Shown: positions 31,613 through 42,532 of the stretch, piece after piece
How positions within the stretch are numbered: the stretch's first letter is position 1
How the letters are laid out: each line of letters begins with the position of its first letter
Assembly: GCA_963795125.1 (NCBI GenBank)
Contig: CAWCGQ010000001.1
Span: forward strand, 1,623,024-1,687,023
Length of the DNA: 64,000 nt
Direction: 5' to 3'
Source: an uncultured Acidimicrobiia bacterium
GTDB lineage: Bacteria > Acidobacteriota > Vicinamibacteria > Vicinamibacterales > UBA2999
Position numbers and translations under genes: made by a program
Notes under the pieces: generated by a model
Database searches by the model: none
What the model was told of the DNA's origin: nothing
The model's input: only the letters and a program-made list of their open reading frames with translations

Positions 31613-32970
31613 GGACGGGCCAACGCCTCGAGACGGCCGATGATGTCCATCACTTCCGCGCCGGTGACCGCGCGCAACAGATCGAAGTTGCCGCCCGAGA
31701 GCGGCATCACGCCCGAAGCGACCGCCGCCGAGACCGCCGGGTAGCTGAGGTGGGCCGGCGCAACGTCGTTGATCGCCACCCGCGCGCCCTGCCATTTCCT
31801 GGCGAGGTCCGGTTTCTGCGACGCGACCAGCGCCAGCAGCCGCGCGACCGGCGTCGCCAGTTCGCCGCGCCTGACCCGCCGCCCCGGCTCGAACTCGTAG
31901 TTGACGAGGGTATCCATCACGCCCGAACGCACCACCGGCGCAATCCACGGCTGTGCCCAGTGGCCGCGAATATCGGTGATGATCGCCTGCCGCGGCTTGG
32001 CCAGGGCCAGCAGCGCCTCCAGCCGCACGCCGACCAGCGCGGCGATCTCGGCGCGCGTCACCGACGTTGCCGTCGGGATGGCGCGATATTCGCCGGGCAG
32101 CTTCGCGAGCGCCGCCGCGTTTCGCAGCCGGGCGAGCACGGTATCGGGCACCGCCGACGCGTCGATCGCCCTGGCCCGTTCGTACGACGACAACGCGCCG
32201 GGCATGTCGCCCTGGCCTTCCAGAATCGCGCCGATGCCGGCCAGTGAATGAGCGTCGTTCGGATCCAGTTCGGCCGCCTGGCGGTAGTGCAACAGCGCGT
32301 TGTCGATCTGTCCCGCTTTCTGCTCGACGCCGGCCAAATCGCGAAACAGGAACGCCGAATCGGGTGAGGCGGTGATCGCCTGCCGGTAGTTGGCCATCGC
32401 TTCGTCCCACCGGCGGGCGTCGGCCGCCGCCTTGGCACGAGTCAGGAGATCCTGCACCGCCCGGAATCGCAACACCTCGATGCGGCCGCGCAGCTCGCCT
32501 CGTGACGGATCCGCCGCCAGCGCCGCTTCGAAACTGGCGAGCGCATCCGCGTCGCGATCGAGCGCCAGCAGCACCTGGCCGCGTCCGATCAGGGCCGGCA
32601 CGTAACCCGCCTGGGCCTGCAGCGCGCGATCGAAACGGAGGGCGGCGCCCTTCTCGTTGCCGCGCGCCACCAGCAGATACGCCATGGCCGTTTCGGCCGG
32701 ATGAAACGACGGTTGCTGCTTCAGCACCACCGAGAACTCACGCTCGGCGTTGCCGTGGTCGCCCAACTGCAGGTAAGTCCAACCGCGCTCCAGTCTCGTC
32801 ACCAGATCCGCCGGCGTTGCGTCAGGGACCGTCGGGAACTCGAAATCCGGGTGCCGGGGAGCACCGGTCAGCACCGGCGGCGCCTTCGGCGCGCACGCGA
32901 CGATCAATGCGAGCAACGCCAGCGCCACGCAGGCGGCACGGCGCGACGATGTCGCACCAGGCTTGATCAC
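31609..32970 (-). CDS. Lipoprotein with a TPR-repeat N-terminal half and two or three S-layer-homology (SLH)-like repeats
   Basis: Lipobox LLALIVAC after the GTG at 32970. TPR helices: AMAYLLVARGNEKGAALRFDRAL, NALLHYRQAAELDPND. SLH-like: DIRGHWAQPWIAPVVRSGVMD..FEPGRRVRRGELATPVARLL and NDVAPAHLSYPAVSAAVASGVM. Confidence 0.65.
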   Translation of the reverse strand: MIKPGATSSRRAACVALALLALIVACAPKAPPVLTGAPRHPDFEFPTVPDATPADLVTRLERGWTYLQLGDHGNAEREFSVVLKQQPSFHPAETAMAYLLVARGNEKGAALRFDRALQAQAGYVPALIGRGQVLLALDRDADALASFEAALAADPSRGELRGRIEVLRFRAVQDLLTRAKAAADARRWDEAMANYRQAITASPDSAFLFRDLAGVEQKAGQIDNALLHYRQAAELDPNDAHSLAGIGAILEGQGDMPGALSSYERARAIDASAVPDTVLARLRNAAALAKLPGEYRAIPTATSVTRAEIAALVGVRLEALLALAKPRQAIITDIRGHWAQPWIAPVVRSGVMDTLVNYEFEPGRRVRRGELATPVARLLALVASQKPDLARKWQGARVAINDVAPAHLSYPAVSAAVASGVMPLSGGNFDLLRAVTGAEVMDIIGRLEALARP

Positions 32971-32974
32971 GCTC

Positions 32975-34276
32975 TCAACCACGTCGCCCTCGAGACTTGA
33001 CCGTCGATGGTGTGGCCAGGCCGACCATCGGCAACAGCCGCCGTGGGACGTCGGCCTCGAGCGTGGCGCGATCGCCCATGGTGGCGTGGCTGTGGACCGT
33101 GGCATGTCGATAGAGCCACGCGAGCCGGTCGGCCTGAACCGGATCGGCCAGGTCGAGCTCAATCGTCACCCGCTCCTGATCGAGCGCCAGCTTCGCGGCG
33201 ACGCTCTCGAGCAGCTCGTCGCAGCCCAGGCCGGTGTCGGCGGAGATCAACAACGCCGAGGGATCGGCGTCCTGCACGCGCCGGCGCTCGTCGGCGGAAA
33301 TCAAATCGATCTTGTTGTAGACCTCGACGCGCGGCACTTCGATGGCGCCCACTTCTTCGAGCACGCGCGTCACCGCCGCCAGGTGGCGCTCGCGTTCCGG
33401 ATTGGCGGCGTCAATCACGTGCAGCACCAGGTCGGCGTCGGCGGTCTCTTCGAGCGTCGCGCGAAACGCCGCCACCAGCGTGTGAGGCAGCCGATCGATG
33501 AAGCCGACCGTATCGCTCAACAGCAGCTCGCGCCGGTCCGGCAGGTTGACGCGCCGCACCAGCGGATCGAGCGTCACAAACAGCGCGTCGGACGCCTCGG
33601 CGTTCGAGTTGGTCAGGCGATTGAACAACGTCGTCTTGCCGGCGTTGGTGTAACCCACGAGCGCCACCGTCGGCACGTCGACCTTGTGCCGCCGTTCGCG
33701 CAACTGGGAGCGGCGGCGCCGGACGATGTCGATTTCGTCCTGCAGGGTCTTCATCCGCACGCGGATGCGACGGCGGTCCGCTTCGAGCTTGGTCTCGCCG
33801 GGGCCCCTGGTGCCGATACCGCCGCCAAGACGCGACAGCGCCTCGCTCGATCCCACCAGGCGCGGCAACAAATATTTCAACTGCGCCAGCTCGACCTGCA
33901 GTTTGCCCTCACGGGTACGGGCGCGCCTGGCGAAGATGTCGAGGATCAGCTGCGTACGGTCGATCACCTTGCGATCGAGGCGCTTGCCAAGCTCGCGCAA
34001 CTGCGCCGGCGACAGCTCGTTGTCGAAGACCACCAGGTCGGCGTCGGCTTCGGCCGCCGCCTGCGCGAGCATGTCGACCTTGCCGCTGCCGAGGAAGGTC
34101 GCCGAATCGGGCTTGGGCCGCTCTTGCAGCACGCGCAGGACGACGCGGGCGCCGGCGGCTTCAGCGAGGCCGCCCAGCTCTTCAAGAGAATGTTCCGCGT
34201 CCACTCGCCGCGCGCCGCCGGTCACCAGACCGACAAGCGCGGCTCGCTCCACGAGCACGGGACGGGCTTTACTCAT
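32975..34276 (-). CDS. hflX: GTPase HflX
   Basis: HflX N-domain LAQLKYLLPRL..GGGIGTRGPGETKLE; G domain VALVGYTNAGKTTLFNRL, DTVGFI, NKID. Confidence 0.95.
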   Translation of the reverse strand: MSKARPVLVERAALVGLVTGGARRVDAEHSLEELGGLAEAAGARVVLRVLQERPKPDSATFLGSGKVDMLAQAAAEADADLVVFDNELSPAQLRELGKRLDRKVIDRTQLILDIFARRARTREGKLQVELAQLKYLLPRLVGSSEALSRLGGGIGTRGPGETKLEADRRRIRVRMKTLQDEIDIVRRRRSQLRERRHKVDVPTVALVGYTNAGKTTLFNRLTNSNAEASDALFVTLDPLVRRVNLPDRRELLLSDTVGFIDRLPHTLVAAFRATLEETADADLVLHVIDAANPERERHLAAVTRVLEEVGAIEVPRVEVYNKIDLISADERRRVQDADPSALLISADTGLGCDELLESVAAKLALDQERVTIELDLADPVQADRLAWLYRHATVHSHATMGDRATLEADVPRRLLPMVGLATPSTVKSRGRRG

Positions 34277-34386
34277 TCTCTCTTCAATTCTAGCACCGCG
34301 ATCATCGCCGCTACCGAAACGAGCTCATGCACGATGCGCGGCTGAACGGTTGCGACGCGCGTCGGCGTGACCGCCGCGTCGCGGCA

Positions 34387-35616
34387 TCAGGGATCGGCGA
34401 GCACCGGATCGCCGGAGTCGTCCGTGACCCGCGGCCGGGCGCGCAGTCCTCGCAGTGCCAGCAGCCCGAGCGACACCAGCAGCACGACGTCGGCAACGAA
34501 GACCAGCCGCAGCCCGGTGCCGCCGATGAAGCCGGCGATCACCGGGCTCACCGCCAAACCCAACAGCGATGCGGTTGTCATCACGCCGAATCCGGTGGCG
34601 TGCGCGTCCGGCGGGAGCGACGATCCGGCGACGGCATAGACCGTGGTCGTCGACACGCCGACGGCAATGCCGAACACCATCATCGCCGCGCCAACCAGAT
34701 AGAGCGAAGGCGCGACCACAATCGTCGCGACCGCGGCGGCCGCGAGCAGCGCGCCGGTCACAATCACCGCACGGGCCGGGTGCCGCTGCATCAACCGTCC
34801 CGCGAGATGATGGCCAAACGCGGCGGCGATCGCCCCCAGCGAAAACAGGATGCCGGTCACGATTGGAATGCGCGTCAGCGGCACGCCGGCCTGGGCGACA
34901 TACAGCGGCAGCACCGGCCCGAAGCTGCGGTCAACGGTCTGCAGGCCGAAAATCACGATCAGCGCCAGCAGGAAGCCGGGCAGGCGGAACAGGTGCGCGA
35001 CGACCGCCCTGCCGCCGCGAACCGCGCGCGGCGCCGCGCCCTGTCGCGGCTCCTGGTAGAACAGCACGATCGCAATCAGCGCCACCACGTAGAATGCGGC
35101 GGCAAACAGAAACGAGCTGCGCAGTCCGACGATCGGTGCCAGCAGCCCGCCGATGATCGGCCCGACGGCGGGGCCCAGGCGATGCCCGGTCTGGACCATG
35201 CCGATGGCCTCGGCCATGCGCTGGCGCGGCGCCGACTCGGCGGCCATCGAGATGGTCAGCGCACCGTAGCCCGCAAACACGCCCAGTAGCGCCCGCAGCG
35301 CCAGCAACTGCCACGGCGCGGTCACGAACCCCATCGCCGCCTTCGTGAGGATGAACGCCACCAGCGAGCGAATGACCAGGAGCTTGCTGCCGTAGCGATC
35401 GCCGACGCGCCCCCAGAGCGGTGCGCTGATCGCGGTGACGGTGGGCGTGGCGCCGAGGGTGAGCCCGGTCCACATCGCAATCTCCTTGACGTCGGTGACA
35501 CCAAGCTCGGCGATGTAGAGCGGAAGAAACGGCATCACCAGCGTGAACCCGGTGAAGCCGATGCAGCCGGCGGCGGCGGCGGCGCGAACGTTTCGTCTAG
35601 ACTGGCGCGGATCCAA
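34387..35616 (-). CDS. MFS transporter (12 TM)
   Basis: LPLYIAELG; WGRVGDRYGSKLLV (MFS motif A-like); a uniformly hydrophobic 409-aa ORF. Confidence 0.85.
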   Translation of the reverse strand: MDPRQSRRNVRAAAAAGCIGFTGFTLVMPFLPLYIAELGVTDVKEIAMWTGLTLGATPTVTAISAPLWGRVGDRYGSKLLVIRSLVAFILTKAAMGFVTAPWQLLALRALLGVFAGYGALTISMAAESAPRQRMAEAIGMVQTGHRLGPAVGPIIGGLLAPIVGLRSSFLFAAAFYVVALIAIVLFYQEPRQGAAPRAVRGGRAVVAHLFRLPGFLLALIVIFGLQTVDRSFGPVLPLYVAQAGVPLTRIPIVTGILFSLGAIAAAFGHHLAGRLMQRHPARAVIVTGALLAAAAVATIVVAPSLYLVGAAMMVFGIAVGVSTTTVYAVAGSSLPPDAHATGFGVMTTASLLGLAVSPVIAGFIGGTGLRLVFVADVVLLVSLGLLALRGLRARPRVTDDSGDPVLADP

Positions 35617-35661
35617 CCAACACCTGGTAGCGATGCCCTGACACCGGTCGAGTCCGCGCGT

Positions 35662-36651
35662 CTAGAAGCGGATCTTGACCGACGGCCCGGGATAGACCTG
35701 GATGCTGTCGATGAAGCGCACGCGATGCGGGTTGGTCTGCATCACGACCGAGCTGGTGCGAATGCCGGCGCCGAAGAACTGCACGCCCTTCAGCAACGAG
35801 CCATCGGTCACGCCGGTCGCGGCGAACACGATGTCCTTGCCGCACGCGAGGTCCTCGGACTTGTAGATCTTCTTGAAGTCCTTGATGCCCATCTGGCGGC
35901 AGCGTTCTTCATCCTCCGGCTTCTGCACCACGAGGCGGGCGAAGATCTCGCCGTTCAGGCAGCGCATTGCCGCGGCCGTGAGCACACCCTCCGGCGCGCC
36001 GCCGGTGCCCATCAGCGCGTGCACGCCGGTGCCCGAGACCGCGGCGGAGATGCCGGCGGACAAGTCGCCGTCGCCGATCAGCCGGATGCGGGCGCCGGTG
36101 GCGCGGATGTCGGCGATCAACTTTTCGTGTCGTGGCCGGTCGAGCACCACGATCGTCAACTCGTCGACCTGGCGGCCGAGGCTGCGGGCAATCGCGCGCA
36201 GGTTCTCGCGCACCGGCGCATCGATGTCGACCAGGTGCTTCGAGGTCGGGCCGACGACCAGCTTCTCCATGTAGAGATCGGGCGCGTGCAGCAAGCCGCC
36301 CTTTTCCGAGGCGGCGAGCACGGCGATCGCATTGGCCGCTCCGGTCGCGCACAGGTTGGTGCCCTCCAGCGGATCGACCGCGATGTCGACCTCGTCCCAC
36401 TTGCGGCGGTTGGAGTTGTCCTTCTGCGCCATGCCGACCTTCTCGCCGATGAACAGCATCGGCGCCTCGTCGCGCTCGCCTTCGCCGATCACGATCGTGC
36501 CGTCGATCGGCACCGTGTCCATCTCGCGGCGCATCGCTTCGACGGCCACCTGATCGGAGCCATGGCGATCGCCCTGGCCCATGGTGTGGGCGCAGGCCAC
36601 GGCGGCTTGTTCGGTGACGCGGAGGAACTCTAAGGAAAGGTCGGATTCCAT
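35662..36651 (-). CDS. glpX: Class II fructose-1,6-bisphosphatase
   Basis: [13 protein letters not shown]; [20 protein letters not shown]; [11 protein letters not shown]; [11 protein letters not shown]; [10 protein letters not shown]. Confidence 0.95.
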   Translation of the reverse strand: MESDLSLEFLRVTEQAAVACAHTMGQGDRHGSDQVAVEAMRREMDTVPIDGTIVIGEGERDEAPMLFIGEKVGMAQKDNSNRRKWDEVDIAVDPLEGTNLCATGAANAIAVLAASEKGGLLHAPDLYMEKLVVGPTSKHLVDIDAPVRENLRAIARSLGRQVDELTIVVLDRPRHEKLIADIRATGARIRLIGDGDLSAGISAAVSGTGVHALMGTGGAPEGVLTAAAMRCLNGEIFARLVVQKPEDEERCRQMGIKDFKKIYKSEDLACGKDIVFAATGVTDGSLLKGVQFFGAGIRTSSVVMQTNPHRVRFIDSIQVYPGPSVKIRF

Positions 36652-36663
36652 TGGGTGCTGCGA

Positions 36664-37459
36664 TTATGACACGAGGCGAATGGTTGCCGCCGCGCCGATG
36701 GTGAGCCCGAGCATGGCGGCGGCGTCACCGGCGTTGACGGCGATCTCGAGGTGATCAGTGCTGCCGAACAATGCGCACAATTCACCAGTCGGCGCCGCCG
36801 AGTAGGTCGACACGATCCGCCCGACCTCCCGGCCGCCAATCGTCACCGCCACCGCCCTGCCGGCGGTGAACTGCTCGAAGGCGCGCCGATCGATGTTGGT
36901 AATCAGGTTGCCAAACCGATCGACCCGCAACACTTCGCCCCTGAGCTCCCGCGCGGTCACCGCCGGGCGCGGCAGTTCGATGGTGTGAAAGTCCGTGACC
37001 GTCCGGCCGAGCGACACCAGCGCCACGCCTTTGGCGAGGAAACCCGCGGCCGGCGCGAACCGATCACGCCCCTCAAACGTGCGGCTCACCGTCGGCAACG
37101 CATACTTGCGCTCGGTGAGTTCGACGACGCGGTTCGGCGGCGCGTCACGCCACACCGCCGACAACACGCCGTTATCGGGCGCGACGAACTTGTAGTCGCC
37201 GATTTCGGCGGCAATGCCGCGGCGTGACGAGCCCACGCCGGGATCCACCACCACCAGGAAAATGGTGCCGTGCGGGAAGTATCGATAGCAGGCGACCAGT
37301 TCGAGCGCGCCGGTGCGCACGTCGTGGGCGGGAATGTCGTGGCTGATGTCGACCAGCACCGCGTCCGGGACACACCGTGAGCACCACGCCCTTCAGCGTG
37401 CCGGCGTAGTGATCGCGCGTGCCGAAATCGGTGAGGAGAGCGACGGTCGCCCGAGCCAT
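36664..37459 (-). CDS. SAM hydrolase / SAM hydroxide adenosyltransferase family (DUF62); one frame break near 37365
   Basis: VALLTDFGTRDHYAGTLKGVVL; VDISHDIPAHDV; VVVDPGVGSSRRGI; FVAPDNGVLS; RFGNLITNI. Confidence 0.85.
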
Positions 37460-37493
37460 ACCAGGGTGCCCAGGGACCTCGGTGCCTGGGGGT

Positions 37494-38177
37494 CTAGGTG
37501 CGTGCCGCGGGCTTGCGAAACAGCATCTCGCGCAGCTTGCTCTTCATGAGGAACGAGTCGGTGACGCGCAGGTCCTTGAAGAGCTTGATGATGTCGCCGT
37601 TCAGCAGGCTTCGCTGGCGCGGTCGTGGCGCGGGGTAGGTGCGGTAGCGCAGGTTGGAGTCGTCCACGACCACGTATTTCGTGTAGACCGGTTCGCTCTG
37701 TTCCGCGGTGCTGAAGAAGCCGAGCAGGCATCCTTCGGGGCGCAGCAGCGCCGAGAGGGCGCTCGCCAGCGCCTGCGCGGCGGGGCGATCGAGATAATCG
37801 AGCACGTCCCAGCAGAGAATGCCGTCGACCGTGCCGGGCGCTTCCTTGAAACGTTTGGCGAAGAACTCGGGCAGCTGATCGAGCGTGTTGGCCTTGACGT
37901 GCTGGTCGATGTCCTTGGCCACGTCCTCGACCCGCAGGCGGCAGCCCAGGTGTTCGCCGAAAAACGTCACGTTGCTGCCGACGACCGGGCCGAGATCGAT
38001 CAGCAGCGGCCCTTCGTTGGTTTGCAGGCTCGCGAGAAATTTCTGCAGGGCCTTGGTCGGGTACGGGGCCTCGACCACGTTCGTTGCAGACGAGTCCGCT
38101 ACCGGTGCGGTGTCGGTGACCCGACGCGCCCCGAGCATGCCGAACAAATCTGTCAACGAACGCGTGTTCTCGGCCAT
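37494..38177 (-). CDS. Methyltransferase-fold (class I SAM-MTase-like) protein with a degenerate motif I
   Basis: LLIDLGPVVGSNV in place of the usual LDxGxGxG; DGILCWDVLDYL; LLRPEGCLLGFF. Lies 6 nt downstream of the bactofilin gene. Confidence 0.55.
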   Translation of the reverse strand: MAENTRSLTDLFGMLGARRVTDTAPVADSSATNVVEAPYPTKALQKFLASLQTNEGPLLIDLGPVVGSNVTFFGEHLGCRLRVEDVAKDIDQHVKANTLDQLPEFFAKRFKEAPGTVDGILCWDVLDYLDRPAAQALASALSALLRPEGCLLGFFSTAEQSEPVYTKYVVVDDSNLRYRTYPAPRPRQRSLLNGDIIKLFKDLRVTDSFLMKSKLREMLFRKPAART

Positions 38178-38183
38178 CGGCTG

Positions 38184-38726
38184 CTAGGCGCGGACGGGCT
38201 GCCCTTGCTGCTGCTGTTGCGGTGAGCCCGGCTGCGGAGTCGCCGGCTTGGCCCCTGGCGCGGGTGGCGCCGCTGGCTGGGCCTTCTGCCCCGCACGCTG
38301 CATGTCCACGCTGCCGCGGAAATGCGCGCCCTCGGCAATGGCCACGCGCGGCGACGCAATGTCACCGTCCACCGAGCCGTTGTCGCGAATGTCGACCTTT
38401 TCCGATGCCGTGACGTTACCGGTCACTTCACCGAGCACGACCACCGCCTTGGCAAACACTTCGGCTTTGATCTTCCCGTTGGGACCGATCGTCAGGACGT
38501 TGTCCTTCAAATCGATACGTCCTTCGACGTGCCCCTCGATGGTGAGATCCTCACTGCCGCTCAGTTCACCCTTGATGATTACTGACTTCCCGATATTCAC
38601 CATGTCCCTCCCAAATTGGGAACGCGGCTCCGCACTCGGCGCAGCGGCAACGGGCGCCGAAGGCGCAGTCACCGGAGTATGCGCCGGAGCTGCAGCCGGT
38701 TTAACCGACTCGTCACGCTTCCACAT
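38184..38726 (-). CDS. Bactofilin (DUF583 polymer-forming cytoskeletal protein) with Pro/Ala/Gln-rich tails
   Basis: Beta-helical windings IIKGELSGSEDLTIEGHVEGRIDLKDNVLTIGPNGKIKAEVFAKAVVVLGEVTGNVTASEKVDIRDNGSVDGDIASPRVAIAEGAHFRGSV. Start taken at MWKRD. Confidence 0.85.
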   Translation of the reverse strand: MWKRDESVKPAAAPAHTPVTAPSAPVAAAPSAEPRSQFGRDMVNIGKSVIIKGELSGSEDLTIEGHVEGRIDLKDNVLTIGPNGKIKAEVFAKAVVVLGEVTGNVTASEKVDIRDNGSVDGDIASPRVAIAEGAHFRGSVDMQRAGQKAQPAAPPAPGAKPATPQPGSPQQQQQGQPVRA

Positions 38727-38871
38727 CGCTGAAACCTCCCCCTCTGCTGGAAAAACCGCGGAGGGCGCCAAATCTGAAACCCGGGGAGTGGGCTCCGGTA
38801 TTGAAGTTCCGACAGTATAGAAGCCACTTTAAACCGTTGTCTAGTCCTTTTATTGCTGAGAGTTAGCAGCA

Positions 38872-40059
38872 ATGCTACGATCTGCATTTCAGCCCATGCG
38901 TATTTACCTGGACCACAACGCCACCACCCCGCTCGACCCGCTGGTCGTGGACCGGATGGCCCAGGCCATGCGGGAGGTGTGGGGCAACGCTTCGAGCGTC
39001 CACCATTTCGGTCAACAGGCCAAGGCAGCCCTGGACGACGCCCGGGGACAGGTGGCAGCGCTGCTCGGTGCGGAGACGTCCGAAATTGTCTTTACCGGCG
39101 GCGGCACCGAGAGCGACAACCTCGCGATTCGCGGCGCCGCCGAGGCGCTCGAACCGTCGGGGCGCAAACACCTGGTGACGAGCGCCATCGAGCACGAGGC
39201 CGTGCTCAACACCCTGAAGTCGCTGGCCAGGCGCGGCTGGCGCGTCACCACGGTGCCGGTCGACGACAGCGGCATCGTGGCGGTCGAGCGGCTGCGCGAG
39301 GCGGTCACCGACGACACCGCGCTGGTCTCGGTGATGCACGCCAACAACGAGATCGGCACCATTCAACCGATCGCCGAGCTGGCCGCCGTCGCGCACGAAC
39401 GCGGCGCGCTGTTTCACACCGATGCGGTGCAGAGCGCCGGAAAGATCCCGATCGACGTCCGTGCGCTCGGCGTCGACATGCTGACCATCGCGGGCCACAA
39501 GTTTTACGGACCGAAGGGCACGGGCGCGCTGTGGCTGAAGCGCGGCGTGCGCCTGATCGCGCCGATCACCGGCGGCCGGCAGGAACGCAGCCGTCGCGCC
39601 GGCACCGAGAATGTCCCCGCACTGGTCGGGTTCGGCGTGGCCGCTCACCTCGCCCAACAGAAGGCGGTCGGCGACGGACCGCGCCTCGCGGCGCTGCGCG
39701 ACCGCCTCGAAACCGGCATCCTCGCGTCGGTCGCCGGCACCGAGCGCAACGGCGCCGCCTCGCCGCGCGTGGCGAACACGACCAACATCAGCATCGATCG
39801 GGTCGAAGCCGAGTCGCTGCTGATCGGACTGGATCTGGCCGGCATCGCGGTGTCGTCAGGCTCGGCGTGCTCGTCGGGCACCCTCGAACCGTCACACGTC
39901 CTGAAGGCCATGGGTCTCCCCCACCCCCGCACGCTCGGATCGATCCGATTCAGCTTCGGCACGGGGAATACCGACGCCGATGTCGATCGGGTGTTGGAGG
40001 CGCTGCCGCCACTGGTCGAGAAGCTCCGCAGCCTCACCACGGTGGGCGCCAGGAAATAA
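38872..40059 (+). CDS. Cysteine desulfurase (NifS/IscS class I aminotransferase V)
   Basis: YLDHNATTP; GGTESDN; PLP lysine in AGHKFYGPKGTGAL; RAGTENV; active-site SSGSACSSG. The ATG at 38896 (MRIYLDHN) is an alternative start. Confidence 0.9.
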   Translation: MLRSAFQPMRIYLDHNATTPLDPLVVDRMAQAMREVWGNASSVHHFGQQAKAALDDARGQVAALLGAETSEIVFTGGGTESDNLAIRGAAEALEPSGRKHLVTSAIEHEAVLNTLKSLARRGWRVTTVPVDDSGIVAVERLREAVTDDTALVSVMHANNEIGTIQPIAELAAVAHERGALFHTDAVQSAGKIPIDVRALGVDMLTIAGHKFYGPKGTGALWLKRGVRLIAPITGGRQERSRRAGTENVPALVGFGVAAHLAQQKAVGDGPRLAALRDRLETGILASVAGTERNGAASPRVANTTNISIDRVEAESLLIGLDLAGIAVSSGSACSSGTLEPSHVLKAMGLPHPRTLGSIRFSFGTGNTDADVDRVLEALPPLVEKLRSLTTVGARK

Positions 40060-40148
40060 CGAAGAGAAATAACGAATTAGAAATAACGAAGAACGAAAGG
40101 TGGTTCCGTTTGTTATTTGTTATTTGTTATTTGTTATTTGTTATTTGT
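40053..40148. repeat. AT-rich composite inverted-repeat element R1: three GAAATAACGAA units facing 5.5 tandem TTGTTAT heptamers
   Basis: GAAATAACGAA occurs at 40053, 40066 and 40080. (TTGTTAT)x5.5 spans 40110..40148, and AAATAAC is the reverse complement of GTTATTT. The first unit contains the nifS-like TAA stop. The element ends 19 nt before the mnmA ATG. Confidence 0.85.
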
Positions 40149-40167
40149 CAGTGGTTGTTGAACAGCA

Positions 40168-41241
<1,074 letters not shown>

Positions 41242-42184
41242 GCCTCGTGCAGCGTGCCGGACAAAAACCGCTCGGCATCAATCGCCGCCATGCACCCTGA
41301 ACCCGCCGCCGTGACCGCCTGCCGATAGACGTGATCTTGCACGTCGCCGGCTGCAAACACGCCGCGCACGCTGGTGCGCGAGCCGTCGTGCGTCTTCAGG
41401 TAGCCGTTGTCGTGCATCGCCAGCTGGCCCTTGAAGAGCGCGGTATTGGGGATGTGGCCAATGCCGATGAACACGCCGTCGACGGCCAGCTCGCTGGTGC
41501 CGCCGCTGTTAACGTTGCGGAGCACGAGCGAGGTGACCTTGCCCTGGGCGAGGTCCTTGATGTCGACCACCTCGGTGTTCCAGATGAACGAAATGTTCGG
41601 CGTCGCCATCGCCCGGTCCTGCATCACCTTCGACGCGCGCAGCGTGTCGCGGCGGTGAATCACCGTCACGGTGGTGGCGAGTTTCGACAGGTAGATTGCC
41701 TCTTCCATCGCCGTATCGCCGCCGCCGATCACGGCGACCGGGAGCCCCTTGAAGAAGAAACCATCGCAGGTCGCGCACGTCGAGACGCCGCGACCCGACA
41801 GCTTCTTGTCGACACCGAGATCGAGCCACTTCGCCGACGCGCCAGTGGCGACGATTAAGGTCTGCGCCAGATAGGACGTGCTGTCGACCTTCACGGCGAA
41901 CGGCCGGCTGGAGAGGTCGACCGACGACACATCGCCCTGCATGATCTCGGCACCGAAGCGCTCCGCCTGCGCGCGCAACTCGACCATCAGGTCCGGTCCC
42001 ATGATGCCGTCGCGATAGCCGGGCCAGTTGTCGACCATGGTGGTCAGCATCAGCTGGCCACCGGCTTCGATTCCTTCGATCACGAGCGGCTTCAGGTTGG
42101 CGCGCGCCGCGTAGAGCGCAGCGGTGAGCCCCGCCGGGCCGGAGCCGATGATGATGACTTGTCGTTCGGTGGCTGCGGCGTCGC

Positions 42185-42508
42185 TCACAGGTGTTTGTCG
42201 ATGACCTGCGCGAGACGGTCCTTGGTTTCGAGCCCGACGATGGTTTCCTTCAGATCGCCGTCCTTGAAGAGCAGCAGCGTCGGGATGCCACGCACCATGA
42301 ATTTGCTCGGCGTCATCGGATTGGCGTCGATGTCGACCTTGGCGACGGTCAGCCTGCCGTCATATTCCTCGGCGAGCTGATCGACGATCGGGGCAATGCG
42401 GCGGCACGGGGCGCACCAGGTGGCCCAGAAATCGACGAGCACGACACCGTTCTTTACTTCGTCACCGAAATTCGCGTCCGTAAACGTCTTGACTCTCTCT
42501 GATGCCAT
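42185..42508 (-). CDS. trxA: Thioredoxin
   Basis: [18 protein letters not shown] is the WCxPC active site. 107 aa. ATGA-type overlap with trxB. Confidence 0.95.
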   Translation of the reverse strand: MASERVKTFTDANFGDEVKNGVVLVDFWATWCAPCRRIAPIVDQLAEEYDGRLTVAKVDIDANPMTPSKFMVRGIPTLLLFKDGDLKETIVGLETKDRLAQVIDKHL

Positions 42509-42532
42509 GAATCGTGTCCTACCTCTAGGTCT

